Shown here: positions 17,429 to 25,023 of the stretch, piece by piece
Position numbering within the stretch: the stretch's first letter is position 1
Layout of the letters: the number at the start of each line of letters is the position of its first letter
DNA from: Thermoanaerobaculia bacterium
GTDB taxonomy: Bacteria > Acidobacteriota > Thermoanaerobaculia > UBA5066 > Gp7-AA6
Assembly (NCBI GenBank): GCA_035646435.1
Contig: DASRPJ010000100.1
Location: forward strand, 1-41,524
Length of the DNA: 41,524 nt
Reading direction: 5' to 3'
Notes under the pieces: generated by a model
Told to the model about the DNA's origin: nothing
The model's database searches: none
Seen by the model: only the letters and a program-made list of their open reading frames with translations
Translations under genes and position numbers: made by a program

Positions 17429-18100
17429 CTACTTGCGGCGAGGCCTCACTTCGATGTTGCGGGTGAGAAAGCCCGTGCCCGAGTGGCTGGCCGGGCCCTG
17501 CACGTCGACGTCGATGTCCGGCTCCGCCGCCCGCGCCGCGATCCCCAGCCGGTTCTGGACGTCGCGCACGCCCGACACCGAGTGCGCCAGGTCTTCGGCG
17601 AGACGCTTGCTCCATCGGTCGGTCACCGATCCCTCGAGTGTGATCTCCCCGCGCGAGACCGACACCGCGATGTCGCTCGGGTCGAGGTCGCCGTGCTCCT
17701 CGAGCCGTTCGTTCACGTCCTCGAGAATGCGCTCGTCCGATCGGACGTAGCCCTTCGGACCGCGTCCCGTGAAGCGCCCTCTCGAAGATTCGCGCGCGAC
17801 CTGAAAGCCACGCCCCCCCTCGCCCGCTTCCGGATCGACCGGCCCGGCGTACGGATCGATGAACTCCCGGTGGTAGCCCTTCCCCGCGTAGAAGACGTAA
17901 CCGGGGCTCGACCATTCGTCGTGCGGACGGCTGTAGATCTCCTCGCGGTCCTGGTCCGTCCAGCGCCCCGCCTCGGGTTTGTCGAAGCCGCTGCCGAAGC
18001 GATACTCGCTCGGCTCGCCGTGCTCGCTTCCCGAGCCCTCGTACGCGTCGAACTGCCTTCTCTCGTTTCCCCGACCGACCCGGTCCTCGCGCTCGTCCAT
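17429..18100 (-). CDS. BON-domain (OsmY-like) protein
   Basis: Internal ATG at 18100 is chosen because GGAGG lies 5 nt upstream. The C-terminal half GPKGYVRSDERILEDVNERLEEHGDLDPSDIAVSVSRGEITLEGSVTDRWSKRLAEDLAHSVSGVRDVQNRL is a typical BON domain. Confidence 0.85.
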   Translation of the reverse strand: MDEREDRVGRGNERRQFDAYEGSGSEHGEPSEYRFGSGFDKPEAGRWTDQDREEIYSRPHDEWSSPGYVFYAGKGYHREFIDPYAGPVDPEAGEGGRGFQVARESSRGRFTGRGPKGYVRSDERILEDVNERLEEHGDLDPSDIAVSVSRGEITLEGSVTDRWSKRLAEDLAHSVSGVRDVQNRLGIAARAAEPDIDVDVQGPASHSGTGFLTRNIEVRPRRK

Positions 18101-18126
18101 GGTGGCCTCCGTTCGAGACTGGAAGG

Positions 18127-18142
18127 TGCAACCCGCGTGCCC
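18127..18142 (-). promoter_or_regulatory. sigma54 (-24/-12) promoter candidate for the BON-domain gene
   Basis: Minus strand reads gGGCACGcgggTTGCA versus consensus TGGCACG-N4-TTGCA, with exact GG-to-GC spacing. The predicted TSS is about 16 nt before the ATG, leaving room for the GGAGG SD. Confidence 0.55.
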
Positions 18143-18172
18143 CGAAACGGGCCGATCGCGCCGGCGCCGACG

Positions 18173-18188
18173 TGGTTCCAAAATTGCT
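18173..18188 (+). promoter_or_regulatory. sigma54 (-24/-12) promoter candidate for the 18212 gene
   Basis: TGGTTCCAAAATTGCT has correct GG-to-GC spacing and a TTGCT -12 element. The -24 flank is weaker (TGGTTC). The SD GGAGGA and the ATG follow. Confidence 0.4.
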
Positions 18189-18211
18189 GCTCCTCGCCCG
18201 GAGGAGAAATC

Positions 18212-18724
18212 ATGAGCTCACGGAATCCCATCGACGAATTGCTGAGGAAGTACGGACTCGGCGACGGCCCGGCGAACCGCGAGGAAGCGCGGGCGCACTA
18301 CGACCGAATCGCGGCGGAGGTCCCCGAGGACGAGCTCGCGTCGGCCATCGGACCGGCGCTCGAGACGCTGCCCGTGGACCAGATCGAAACCCGCGTTCGC
18401 AACTCGGCCACGGAAATGACGCCGCAGGAACGCGGCGGATTCTTAGAGACGCTCCTCGGCGGGCTCGGTGCGGCGCAAGGCGGAGGACTTCGGAACGTGC
18501 TCGAGCAGATCGGCGTTTCGCCCCGCGTCGCCGAGAACCCGCAGCAGGCGACCCCGGAGGACGTCGGGAAAGTCGCGGCGTACGCGAAGCAGGAGAGGCC
18601 CGAGATCTTCGACCAGGCGATGGCGTTCTACGCGAAGCACCCCACCCTCGTGAAGGTCCTCGGAACGCTGGCCATCACGGCCATCGCGAAGAACCTGTTC
18701 CAGAAGAGGCCGGGGCTGCTCTAA
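18212..18724 (+). CDS. Hypothetical protein (170 aa), no family recognised
   Basis: ATG preceded by GGAGGA at the correct spacing. Protein-like composition with a C-terminal hydrophobic helix (VKVLGTLAITAIAKNLF). The upstream part of the 17483..18724 track ORF is antisense to the BON gene and is rejected. Confidence 0.75.
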   Translation: MSSRNPIDELLRKYGLGDGPANREEARAHYDRIAAEVPEDELASAIGPALETLPVDQIETRVRNSATEMTPQERGGFLETLLGGLGAAQGGGLRNVLEQIGVSPRVAENPQQATPEDVGKVAAYAKQERPEIFDQAMAFYAKHPTLVKVLGTLAITAIAKNLFQKRPGLL

Positions 18725-18790
18725 GCCTCGTTCCCCGGTCCGGCGCGGCGGCTTCCGAAAGGGCGGGCCATCGGATAACCTGCGCCGCAC

Positions 18791-21463
18791 TTGATCGGCT
18801 CCCGACTCGGCCCCTACGAGATCACCGCCAAGCTCGGTGAAGGCGGGATGGGAGTGGTCTATCGGGGGACGGATTCCCGCCTCGACCGCGACGTCGCGAT
18901 CAAAGTGCTCCCCGCGGCGCTCACCGCCGACACCGAGCGGCTCGCGCGATTCGACCGGGAGGCAAGGCTCCTCGCGCAGCTCCACCATCCCCACGTCGCT
19001 TCGGTTTTCGGCCTCGAAGAGTCGAACGGCATCCGGGCGCTCGTCATGGAGCTCGTCGAAGGGCCGACTCTGGCGGAGCGACTGGCGACGGGGCCGCTCT
19101 CGCTGGCGGAGAGCCTCCAGATCGCGCGCCAGGTCGCGGAGGCGCTCGAAGAGGCACACGAGAAAGGGATCGTTCACCGGGATCTGAAGCCTCAGAACAT
19201 CAAGGCTCCGGTCGACGGCAAGGTGAAGGTCCTCGACTTCGGTCTGGCCAAGGCGATGGCGCCCGACTCGTCTCGTCAGGGGTCCGCCGGAGAGCTCACG
19301 CAGTCGCCGACGATGACACCCGCGTCGACGCAGATCGGGGTCATCCTCGGGACGGCGGCTTACATGGCCCCGGAGCAGGCGGTCGGCGGCACGGTCGATC
19401 GGCGGGCCGATATCTGGTCGTTCGGCGTCGTGCTCTGGGAGATGCTGACGGGGCGGCGACTGTTCGAGGGCGAGACCACTTCCCACGTCCTCGCGAGCGT
19501 GCTCAAGGACACGCCGGACCTGGCCGCGCTGCCGGCCGGGACGCCCGAGCGGGTCGTCGCTCTCCTGCGGCGCTGCCTGCGCCGCAAGCCGCGCGAGAGG
19601 CTGCAGTCGATCGGCGACGCCCGGGTGCTGATCGAGGAGGTCCTCGCCGATCCGGATCTCGAGGCGCGCGAGGCCCGATCGTCCGCCGCGTCTCCCGCCA
19701 TCGTCCGCCCCGTCCTCTCGCGTTCGGCAAGGGTCGCGTGGCTCGCGGCCGTCGCCGGTCTCGCCGCTGCCGGAGTCTTCGGGGCGCTGTGGCTCGGCTC
19801 AGATCGGCGCGGGGTAGAAGACCGCACCGTCCACGCCGCGCTCGTGCCCGCCCCGGGAACGGTACTCGGCGACACGCTGGCCGTTTCACCCGACGGGCGC
19901 CGCCTCGTCTACGAGGCATGGGACCAGAAGACCGGCGCACGGGCTCTCTGGTTGCGCGACCTCTCCCGCGGCAAGCCCGAGCGCCTCGACCACACCGAGG
20001 GCGGCGAGATGCCGTTCTGGTCCCCCGACGGCAAGCACCTGGGCTTCTTCTCAAAGGGCGTGCTGAAGCGGCTCGACCCCGCTGGCGGTCCGGCGCAGGA
20101 GCTGTGCGAGGCGCCGACGCCGCGGGGCGGCGCGTGGGGTGCCGATGGCCGGATCGTCTTCACCGCTTCATTCCGCATCGGTCTGTCGATCGTGCCCGCG
20201 ACGGGGGGCAAGCCACAGACTTTGACGAAGCTCGGCGCCAACGAGAAGAGCCATCGCTTTCCGGTCTTCCTGCCGGAGGGCAAGACGATTCTCTTCCTGT
20301 CGCAGACCGCGGAGGGCGGCGCCCGAAACGATCAGAGCGGGATCGAGACGCTCGATCTCGCGAGCGGCAAGCGCACGCGCCTGATCGCGTCCAACTCCTC
20401 GCCGCTCTACTCGGCCGCCGGGCAGATCCTTTTCTGGCGCGACGGCACGCTGCTCGCGCAGCGCTTCGACGCCGGACGGCTGGCTCTCGAGGGCGAGCCC
20501 GTGCCGATCGCGAACCCCGTCAGCTACACGCAGAACGAGCAAACGCTCGCCTCGGTTTCGAACGAGGGCACCCTGGTCTTCCGCGAGGGTACCCGGGGCT
20601 CGCTCTCGCGGCTGATCTGGATCGATCGCAAGGGGCTCGGCCTCGCCGTGATCCGCGACCGCGAGCTCCTCCAGGGCTTCGCGCTCTCTCACGACGGCAC
20701 CCGGCTGGTCTATGCGTCGAACGCCGTCGGACAGGGCTCGACGGATCTCTGGATCCAGGACCTCGTCCGGGGCGCCGCGAGCCGGCTGACCTTCGAAGAA
20801 GGCAGCGAGATGTATCCCGCCTGGTCGCGCGATGGCGCCTTCATCTACTACAGCAACGACCGGCGCAATGACGGGGTGATCTTCCGGAGGCGGTCCGACG
20901 GAACCGGTGCGGCCGAGGAGGTCGGGACGACCGACGAGGGAATCTGGCCGGGATCGATCGCCCGGGACGGCCGGTGGATGGTGGTCGGGACCGTCGCCGG
21001 AAAGACGGGGTGGGACCTGCTCCGCCTGGACATCGCGACACGCAAGGTGTCGCCGCTCGTGACCACGCCGTTCTTCGATCAGGATCCGGCGCTGTCGCCC
21101 GACGACCGACTTCTCGCTTACGCCTCGGAAGAGTCGGGGCGCTGGGAGATTTACGTGCAGGCCTTAGACGGCGAGCGCGGCCGGTGGCAGGTCTCGACCG
21201 ACACCGGCCAGCGCCCGCGCTGGCGCGCCGACGGTCGCGAGCTCTTCTTCCTCGCGGTCCCCGACCGCCTGATGGCCGTCGACGTCGAACCCGGCGCCGT
21301 GCCGCGTTTCGGGACGCCCCGCGAGCTCTTCCGTTTCCCGGCCGACGGCTTCGAGGTTGCGCCGGACGGGCAGAAGTTCGTCGTCGCGAGCCTGGGCGGC
21401 GGCGACCCCGACAAGCCCATGACCCTGCTCACCGGCTGGCCCCAACTGATGACGAAGCGGTAG
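18791..21463 (+). CDS. Receptor Ser/Thr protein kinase with TM segment and TolB-like PD40 beta-propeller ectodomain (kinase 1)
   Basis: TTG start is forced (in-frame TAA at 18776). G-loop LGEGGMGVVY, VAIK, HRDLKPQN, DFG, YMAPE. TM VAWLAAVAGLAAAGVFGALWL. Repeated xSPDGxxL PD40 motifs (FWSPDGKHLGFFS, ALSPDDRLLAYAS, PRWRADGRELFF). Confidence 0.92.
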   Translation: MIGSRLGPYEITAKLGEGGMGVVYRGTDSRLDRDVAIKVLPAALTADTERLARFDREARLLAQLHHPHVASVFGLEESNGIRALVMELVEGPTLAERLATGPLSLAESLQIARQVAEALEEAHEKGIVHRDLKPQNIKAPVDGKVKVLDFGLAKAMAPDSSRQGSAGELTQSPTMTPASTQIGVILGTAAYMAPEQAVGGTVDRRADIWSFGVVLWEMLTGRRLFEGETTSHVLASVLKDTPDLAALPAGTPERVVALLRRCLRRKPRERLQSIGDARVLIEEVLADPDLEAREARSSAASPAIVRPVLSRSARVAWLAAVAGLAAAGVFGALWLGSDRRGVEDRTVHAALVPAPGTVLGDTLAVSPDGRRLVYEAWDQKTGARALWLRDLSRGKPERLDHTEGGEMPFWSPDGKHLGFFSKGVLKRLDPAGGPAQELCEAPTPRGGAWGADGRIVFTASFRIGLSIVPATGGKPQTLTKLGANEKSHRFPVFLPEGKTILFLSQTAEGGARNDQSGIETLDLASGKRTRLIASNSSPLYSAAGQILFWRDGTLLAQRFDAGRLALEGEPVPIANPVSYTQNEQTLASVSNEGTLVFREGTRGSLSRLIWIDRKGLGLAVIRDRELLQGFALSHDGTRLVYASNAVGQGSTDLWIQDLVRGAASRLTFEEGSEMYPAWSRDGAFIYYSNDRRNDGVIFRRRSDGTGAAEEVGTTDEGIWPGSIARDGRWMVVGTVAGKTGWDLLRLDIATRKVSPLVTTPFFDQDPALSPDDRLLAYASEESGRWEIYVQALDGERGRWQVSTDTGQRPRWRADGRELFFLAVPDRLMAVDVEPGAVPRFGTPRELFRFPADGFEVAPDGQKFVVASLGGGDPDKPMTLLTGWPQLMTKR

Positions 21464-21470
21464 GGGGTCG

Positions 21471-21531
21471 GAGAAGTAAAGGGGTCAGTCCTGATTCTCG
21501 ACGAGAAGTAAAGGGGTCAGTCCTGATTCTC
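21471..21531 (+). repeat. Perfect 29-bp tandem direct repeat x2 (GGGGTCAG-core family C)
   Basis: GAGAAGTAAAGGGGTCAGTCCTGATTCTC at 21471-21499 and 21503-21531, separated by GAC. Lies between the kinase 1 stop and tRNA-Glu. Confidence 0.92.
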
Positions 21532-21561
21532 TGACTTTTGACGGCGATACTCGCTGAGCTA

Positions 21562-21591
21562 TTGCTCGAAAATCGAGCCCTGTGCTACTTT
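21562..21591 (+). promoter_or_regulatory. Possible extended -10 promoter for tRNA-Glu
   Basis: TTGCTC (21562-21567), 18-nt spacer, TGc-TACTTT (TG at 21583-21584, hexamer 21586-21591). The predicted TSS is a few nt before the tRNA 5' end. Confidence 0.3.
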
Positions 21592-21604
21592 GCTCAGCCC
21601 GTCT

Positions 21605-21679
21605 GGCCCATTCGTCTAACGGTTAGGACGCGGCCCTCTCAAGGCCGAAATACGGGTTCGATTCCCGTATGGGCTACCA
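21605..21679 (+). tRNA. tRNA-Glu (anticodon CUC), CCA encoded
   Basis: Manual cloverleaf: acceptor GGCCCAT/ATGGGCT (G1-U72 wobble), U8, D arm GTC-TAACGGTTAG-GAC, anticodon stem CGGCC/GGCCG with loop CT-CTC-AA, T arm ACGGG-TTCGATT-CCCGT, discriminator A, CCA. Confidence 0.85.
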
Positions 21680-21770
21680 ATCGTTCTCCACCTCGCGGCC
21701 GGGCCGCGTCGTGCGGACGCATTCCTCTCGAAGCGGCTGTCGTTGACTCAACCGTTTTGGGCCGAAGTCA

Positions 21771-21815
21771 GAGAATCAAGACTGACCCCGAAATCAGAAA
21801 ATCAGGACTGACCCC
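21771..21815 (-). repeat. Two inverted copies of the family C 19-bp core downstream of tRNA-Glu
   Basis: GAGAATCAAGACTGACCCC (21771-21789) and GAAAATCAGGACTGACCCC (21797-21815). Each matches the reverse complement of GGGGTCAGTCCTGATTCTC at 18 of 19 positions. Confidence 0.88.
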
Positions 21816-21817
21816 AA

Positions 21818-21833
21818 CGGCCCAAGGCTTGCA
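21818..21833 (+). promoter_or_regulatory. sigma54 (-24/-12) promoter candidate for the ferritin-like gene
   Basis: CGGCCCAAGGCTTGCA has GGC at -24 and TTGCA(T) at -12 with exact spacing. The predicted TSS is about 14 nt before the ATG, upstream of the GGAGGGAGG SD. Confidence 0.4.
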
Positions 21834-21857
21834 TTCCGTCGCGCGGAGGGAGGAAAC

Positions 21858-22451
21858 ATGAAGAAAGACTCACTGAACGAGCTTTTGTACCAGATGCTCG
21901 AGACGGAGATGGGCGGGGTTCAGGTCTACAAGACGGCGATCCGCTGCGCCCAGAACGACGACCTGAAGAAAGAGTGGAAGAAGTATCTCGACCAGACCGA
22001 GAACCACGTGCAGGTCGTTCGGGGCATGTTCGGCGAGCTCGGCCTCGATCCGGAGACGGAGACGCCGGGCCGCAACGTCGTCCGCCACATCGGCGAGTCG
22101 CTCGTGAAGGCGATGGAGATGGCGCTCGCGTCCGGCGAGCCCGAGGCGGCGCAGCTCGTCGCCGCCGAGTGCGTCGTGCACGCGGAGACGAAGGACCACC
22201 TGAACTGGGAGCTTCTCGGTCAGGTGGCGAAGAAGTCGAAGGGCGAGGAAAAGAAGATCCTCGAGGCGGCGCAGGAAGAGGTCGAGGAGGAAGAGGACGA
22301 GCACCTGTACCACACGGCCGGCTGGGCGCGGGAGCTCTGGATCGAGTTTCTCGGCATGCCGGCGGTGATGCCTCCGCCCGAGGAGGAGAAGGACGTCAAG
22401 ACCGCGATCGGCGCGGCCCGCGCGAAGCAGGCCCGCACGGAGATGCTCTAG
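21858..22451 (+). CDS. Ferritin-like / four-helix-bundle family protein (function uncertain)
   Basis: Strong SD (GGAGGGAGG). 197 aa, helical and Glu/Lys-rich, with spaced E/H residues (ETEMGG...QTENHV...HAETKDH...EDEHLYH) reminiscent of ferritin-like di-metal proteins. The family call is tentative. Confidence 0.6.
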   Translation: MKKDSLNELLYQMLETEMGGVQVYKTAIRCAQNDDLKKEWKKYLDQTENHVQVVRGMFGELGLDPETETPGRNVVRHIGESLVKAMEMALASGEPEAAQLVAAECVVHAETKDHLNWELLGQVAKKSKGEEKKILEAAQEEVEEEEDEHLYHTAGWARELWIEFLGMPAVMPPPEEEKDVKTAIGAARAKQARTEML

Positions 22452-22480
22452 AGCGCAAGTCGCGAGATCCCGGACACGCA

Positions 22481-22510
22481 AGAGGGAGACCAACCGGTCT
22501 CCCTCTTTTC
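22481..22510 (+). terminator. Rho-independent terminator of the ferritin-like gene
   Basis: AGAGGGAGACC-AACC-GGTCTCCCTCT followed by TTT. Confidence 0.7.
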
Positions 22511-22546
22511 ATTGAGCGCGGCGAAGTAGGGGCCCCTCACCCCAGA

Positions 22547-22569
22547 CCCTCTCCCCACAGGGGAGAGGG
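22547..22569 (-). terminator. GC hairpin downstream of the ABC-2 permease gene (REP-like)
   Basis: CCCTCTCCCC-ACA-GGGGAGAGGG, 11 nt beyond the permease stop on the minus strand. No U-tract. Confidence 0.4.
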
Positions 22570-22580
22570 AGTAAGGCGGA

Positions 22581-23909
22581 CTAATTGGCTGGCGGCGCTG
22601 CCGGCTGGAGGGCCTTCCCCGGCCGGTAGCGCACCCACCGAAGAATCTCGGGGATCGTCGGCTTCTTGCCGTACATGAGGATCCCGACCCGGTAGATCCG
22701 CCCCGCGAACCACGCCATTCCGATCGTCGAGAGGATCAAGATCACGATCGACAGCCCGACCTGCCACATCGGAGGTTCGGCGATCGCCGTGCGCAGGAAC
22801 ATCATGAGCGGTGCCGTGAAGGGGAAGAGAGACGCGAAGACCGCCACGCCGCCGTTCGGGTTGTTCATGACCGCGGGGTAGACCGCCATCCCGCTCACGA
22901 TCAGCATCGACGGGATCATGGCGAGCTGCTGCGCCTCCTGGTCCGTGTTGAAGGGCGCGCCGATGGCCGTGTACACGCTCGCGTAGAGGAAGTACCCGAG
23001 CAGGAAGAAGAGCAGGAAGTATCCGATCATCGAGAGCGGGATCGCCGGTGCGCCGCCTTCGCCCATCGCCATGAGGCTGGCGATACCGGGAAGGGAGAGG
23101 TTCATCGCGACGAGCGACCAGACGAGGTACTGCGTGAGGCCCACGAGCCCGATCCCCACGATCTTCCCGACCATCAGCTCGGTCGGGCGCACCGACGCGA
23201 TGATGATCTCGACGATGCGATTCGTCTTCTCCTCGATCACGCCCCGCAGGTTCTGGAACCCGTAGATGAAGAAGGTCATATACATGATGGCGAGGAAAAC
23301 GATGGACGCGATGATCCCGGCGCCCTTCTCCTCCGTCGCGCCCTTGCTGGTGACCTTGAACGGTTTCAAGTCGACGCGCTTCTCGAGCTCCTTCGACAGC
23401 GACGCCGGCAGTCCCCGGTCGGCGATCTTGCGGCGGAGGATTGTCCGGTTGATCGCGCGCTCCATTTGATCGAGCGCGACGAACTCCGAAACCGAGATCG
23501 AGAAGTACTCCGCCCGGTCCTTTTGGAGGAGCTCCGGGGTGAGGACGAGATAGCCGTAGATCTTCTTGTCCAGGACCTCCTTACGGAGTGCCTCCTTCGT
23601 CGCCTCGATGTCGCCCGTGACCGGCCGCGTCTCGAGGATCCAGTGGATCCCCCGGCTCCCGGGGTTTTCCTTGCGTCGGACCTCCTCGCGCTCGGCGAGC
23701 TCCCGCGCGAGCGGCTCCGCGAGCTGGCCGGTCCGATCGACCACCGCGACCCGGCGTTCGCCGCTCGTCTTGCGAATTGCCGCGAACTGGACCGCCATGT
23801 AACCGAGGAAGAAGACCGGCACGAGGAACGTCGCGAACCAGAACGCCTTCGTGCGAACGCGCTCGAGGTACTCCCGCCGGATGACCGCGAAGATTTTCGT
23901 CCAGCTCAT
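22581..23909 (-). CDS. ABC-2 family transporter permease (NatB-like)
   Basis: 442 aa with an N-terminal TM, a roughly 150-aa extracytoplasmic loop, and a cluster of C-terminal TM helices. Lies 7 nt downstream of the ATPase gene. Confidence 0.88.
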   Translation of the reverse strand: MSWTKIFAVIRREYLERVRTKAFWFATFLVPVFFLGYMAVQFAAIRKTSGERRVAVVDRTGQLAEPLARELAEREEVRRKENPGSRGIHWILETRPVTGDIEATKEALRKEVLDKKIYGYLVLTPELLQKDRAEYFSISVSEFVALDQMERAINRTILRRKIADRGLPASLSKELEKRVDLKPFKVTSKGATEEKGAGIIASIVFLAIMYMTFFIYGFQNLRGVIEEKTNRIVEIIIASVRPTELMVGKIVGIGLVGLTQYLVWSLVAMNLSLPGIASLMAMGEGGAPAIPLSMIGYFLLFFLLGYFLYASVYTAIGAPFNTDQEAQQLAMIPSMLIVSGMAVYPAVMNNPNGGVAVFASLFPFTAPLMMFLRTAIAEPPMWQVGLSIVILILSTIGMAWFAGRIYRVGILMYGKKPTIPEILRWVRYRPGKALQPAAPPAN

Positions 23910-23916
23910 GTGTGCC

Positions 23917-24843
23917 TCACTCGATCGTCCGCGTTTCTTCGAGCCCGGCCGCGCGAATCGCCTCGAGATAGATCTCCTCGAGCTCCGGCTCCTTCGACGA
24001 GAACCCCTGGAGAGGGAAGCGCTCGAGCGCGCGTCGGAGGAACTCGCGCTGGTCCGTCCCGGGCGTGAGTGCGATCAGGTAGCCGCCGTTCACCGCCTGG
24101 GACGACGCGACTCCGGGCAACGCCGCGATCTGCACGGGTTCCGCTTCCACGGAGAGCTGCAGCAGGTTCTTGGAAAACCGGCGTTTCAGCTCGCGCAGGT
24201 TTCCCTCGAGGATCTTCTTCGAGCGCGCGAGCAACGCGATTTCGTCGCAGAGCTTCTCCGCCTGCTCGAGGACGTGCGTGGAGAAAATGATGGTCTTGCC
24301 CTTCTGCCGGAACTCGATCAAGTAGTCCTTGATGATCGACGTGTTGATCGGGTCGAGCCCGGAAAAGGGCTCGTCTAAGATGAGGATCTCCGGGTCGTGG
24401 ATGACCGTGGCGATGAACTGGACCTTCTGCTGCATCCCCTTCGAGAGCTCGTCGACCTTCTTCTTCATCCAGGGCTGGAGCTCCAGCTTCTCCGCCCACT
24501 CGGCGATCCGCCGGCGCGCGTCGTCGCGGGGCACCGCCTTGATCGCCGCGAGAAAGAGGAGGTGCTCGGAGACCTTCATCTTCCGGTAGAGCCCGCGCTC
24601 CTCCGGGAGGTACCCGATCCGGTTCTGGGTCTCCCGGGTCATGGGGTTGCCGAGCACGCGGATCTCGCCGGAGTCCGCGGCCGTGATGTTCATGATCATC
24701 CGGATCGTCGTCGTCTTCCCGGCGCCGTTCGGGCCAAGGAGGCCGAAGATCACGCCGCGCGGGACCTGAAAGGAGAGAGAGTCCACGGCCGGGAACTTGC
24801 CGAAGACCTTCGAGACGTTTTCGAGCTCGATTGCGGGGGTCAT
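23917..24843 (-). CDS. ABC transporter ATP-binding protein (NatA-like)
   Basis: Walker A GPNGAGKTTT, signature LSKGMQQK, Walker B ILILDEPFSGLD, H-loop STHVL. Confidence 0.95.
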   Translation of the reverse strand: MTPAIELENVSKVFGKFPAVDSLSFQVPRGVIFGLLGPNGAGKTTTIRMIMNITAADSGEIRVLGNPMTRETQNRIGYLPEERGLYRKMKVSEHLLFLAAIKAVPRDDARRRIAEWAEKLELQPWMKKKVDELSKGMQQKVQFIATVIHDPEILILDEPFSGLDPINTSIIKDYLIEFRQKGKTIIFSTHVLEQAEKLCDEIALLARSKKILEGNLRELKRRFSKNLLQLSVEAEPVQIAALPGVASSQAVNGGYLIALTPGTDQREFLRRALERFPLQGFSSKEPELEEIYLEAIRAAGLEETRTIE

Positions 24844-24892
24844 GGATGTCCTACGGTTTACGGTCAGCTCGTCCCCGAGTTTTCAAATCCTG

Positions 24893-24982
24893 TGGCGGAG
24901 AGGGGGGGATTCGAACCCCCGAAGCCCGTTAGGGCTTACCGGTTTTCGAGACCGGCCTGATCAACCACTCCAGCACCTCTCC
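24893..24982 (-). tRNA. tRNA-Ser (anticodon CGA), class II with long variable arm, CCA encoded
   Basis: Minus strand: GGAGAGG-TG-CTGG...CAG-CCGGT-CT-CGA-AA-ACCGG, variable arm AGCCC-TAAC-GGGCT, T arm GGGGG-TTCGAAT-CCCCC, then CCTCTCC-G-CCA. Confidence 0.9.
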
Positions 24983-25023
24983 GGCTGCGAAACCTAACAT
25001 CTAGGAGTTCCACCTTCACGTTT

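Noticed and set aside
21471-21531. Possible CRISPR array (29-bp perfect direct repeats)
   Set aside because: There are only two units, separated by 3 bp, so there are no spacers. No cas genes are present, and the same core occurs inverted downstream of the tRNA.
21538-21861. 107-aa ORF covering tRNA-Glu
   Set aside because: It contains the complete tRNA gene and flanking repeats, and has no SD or coding signature.
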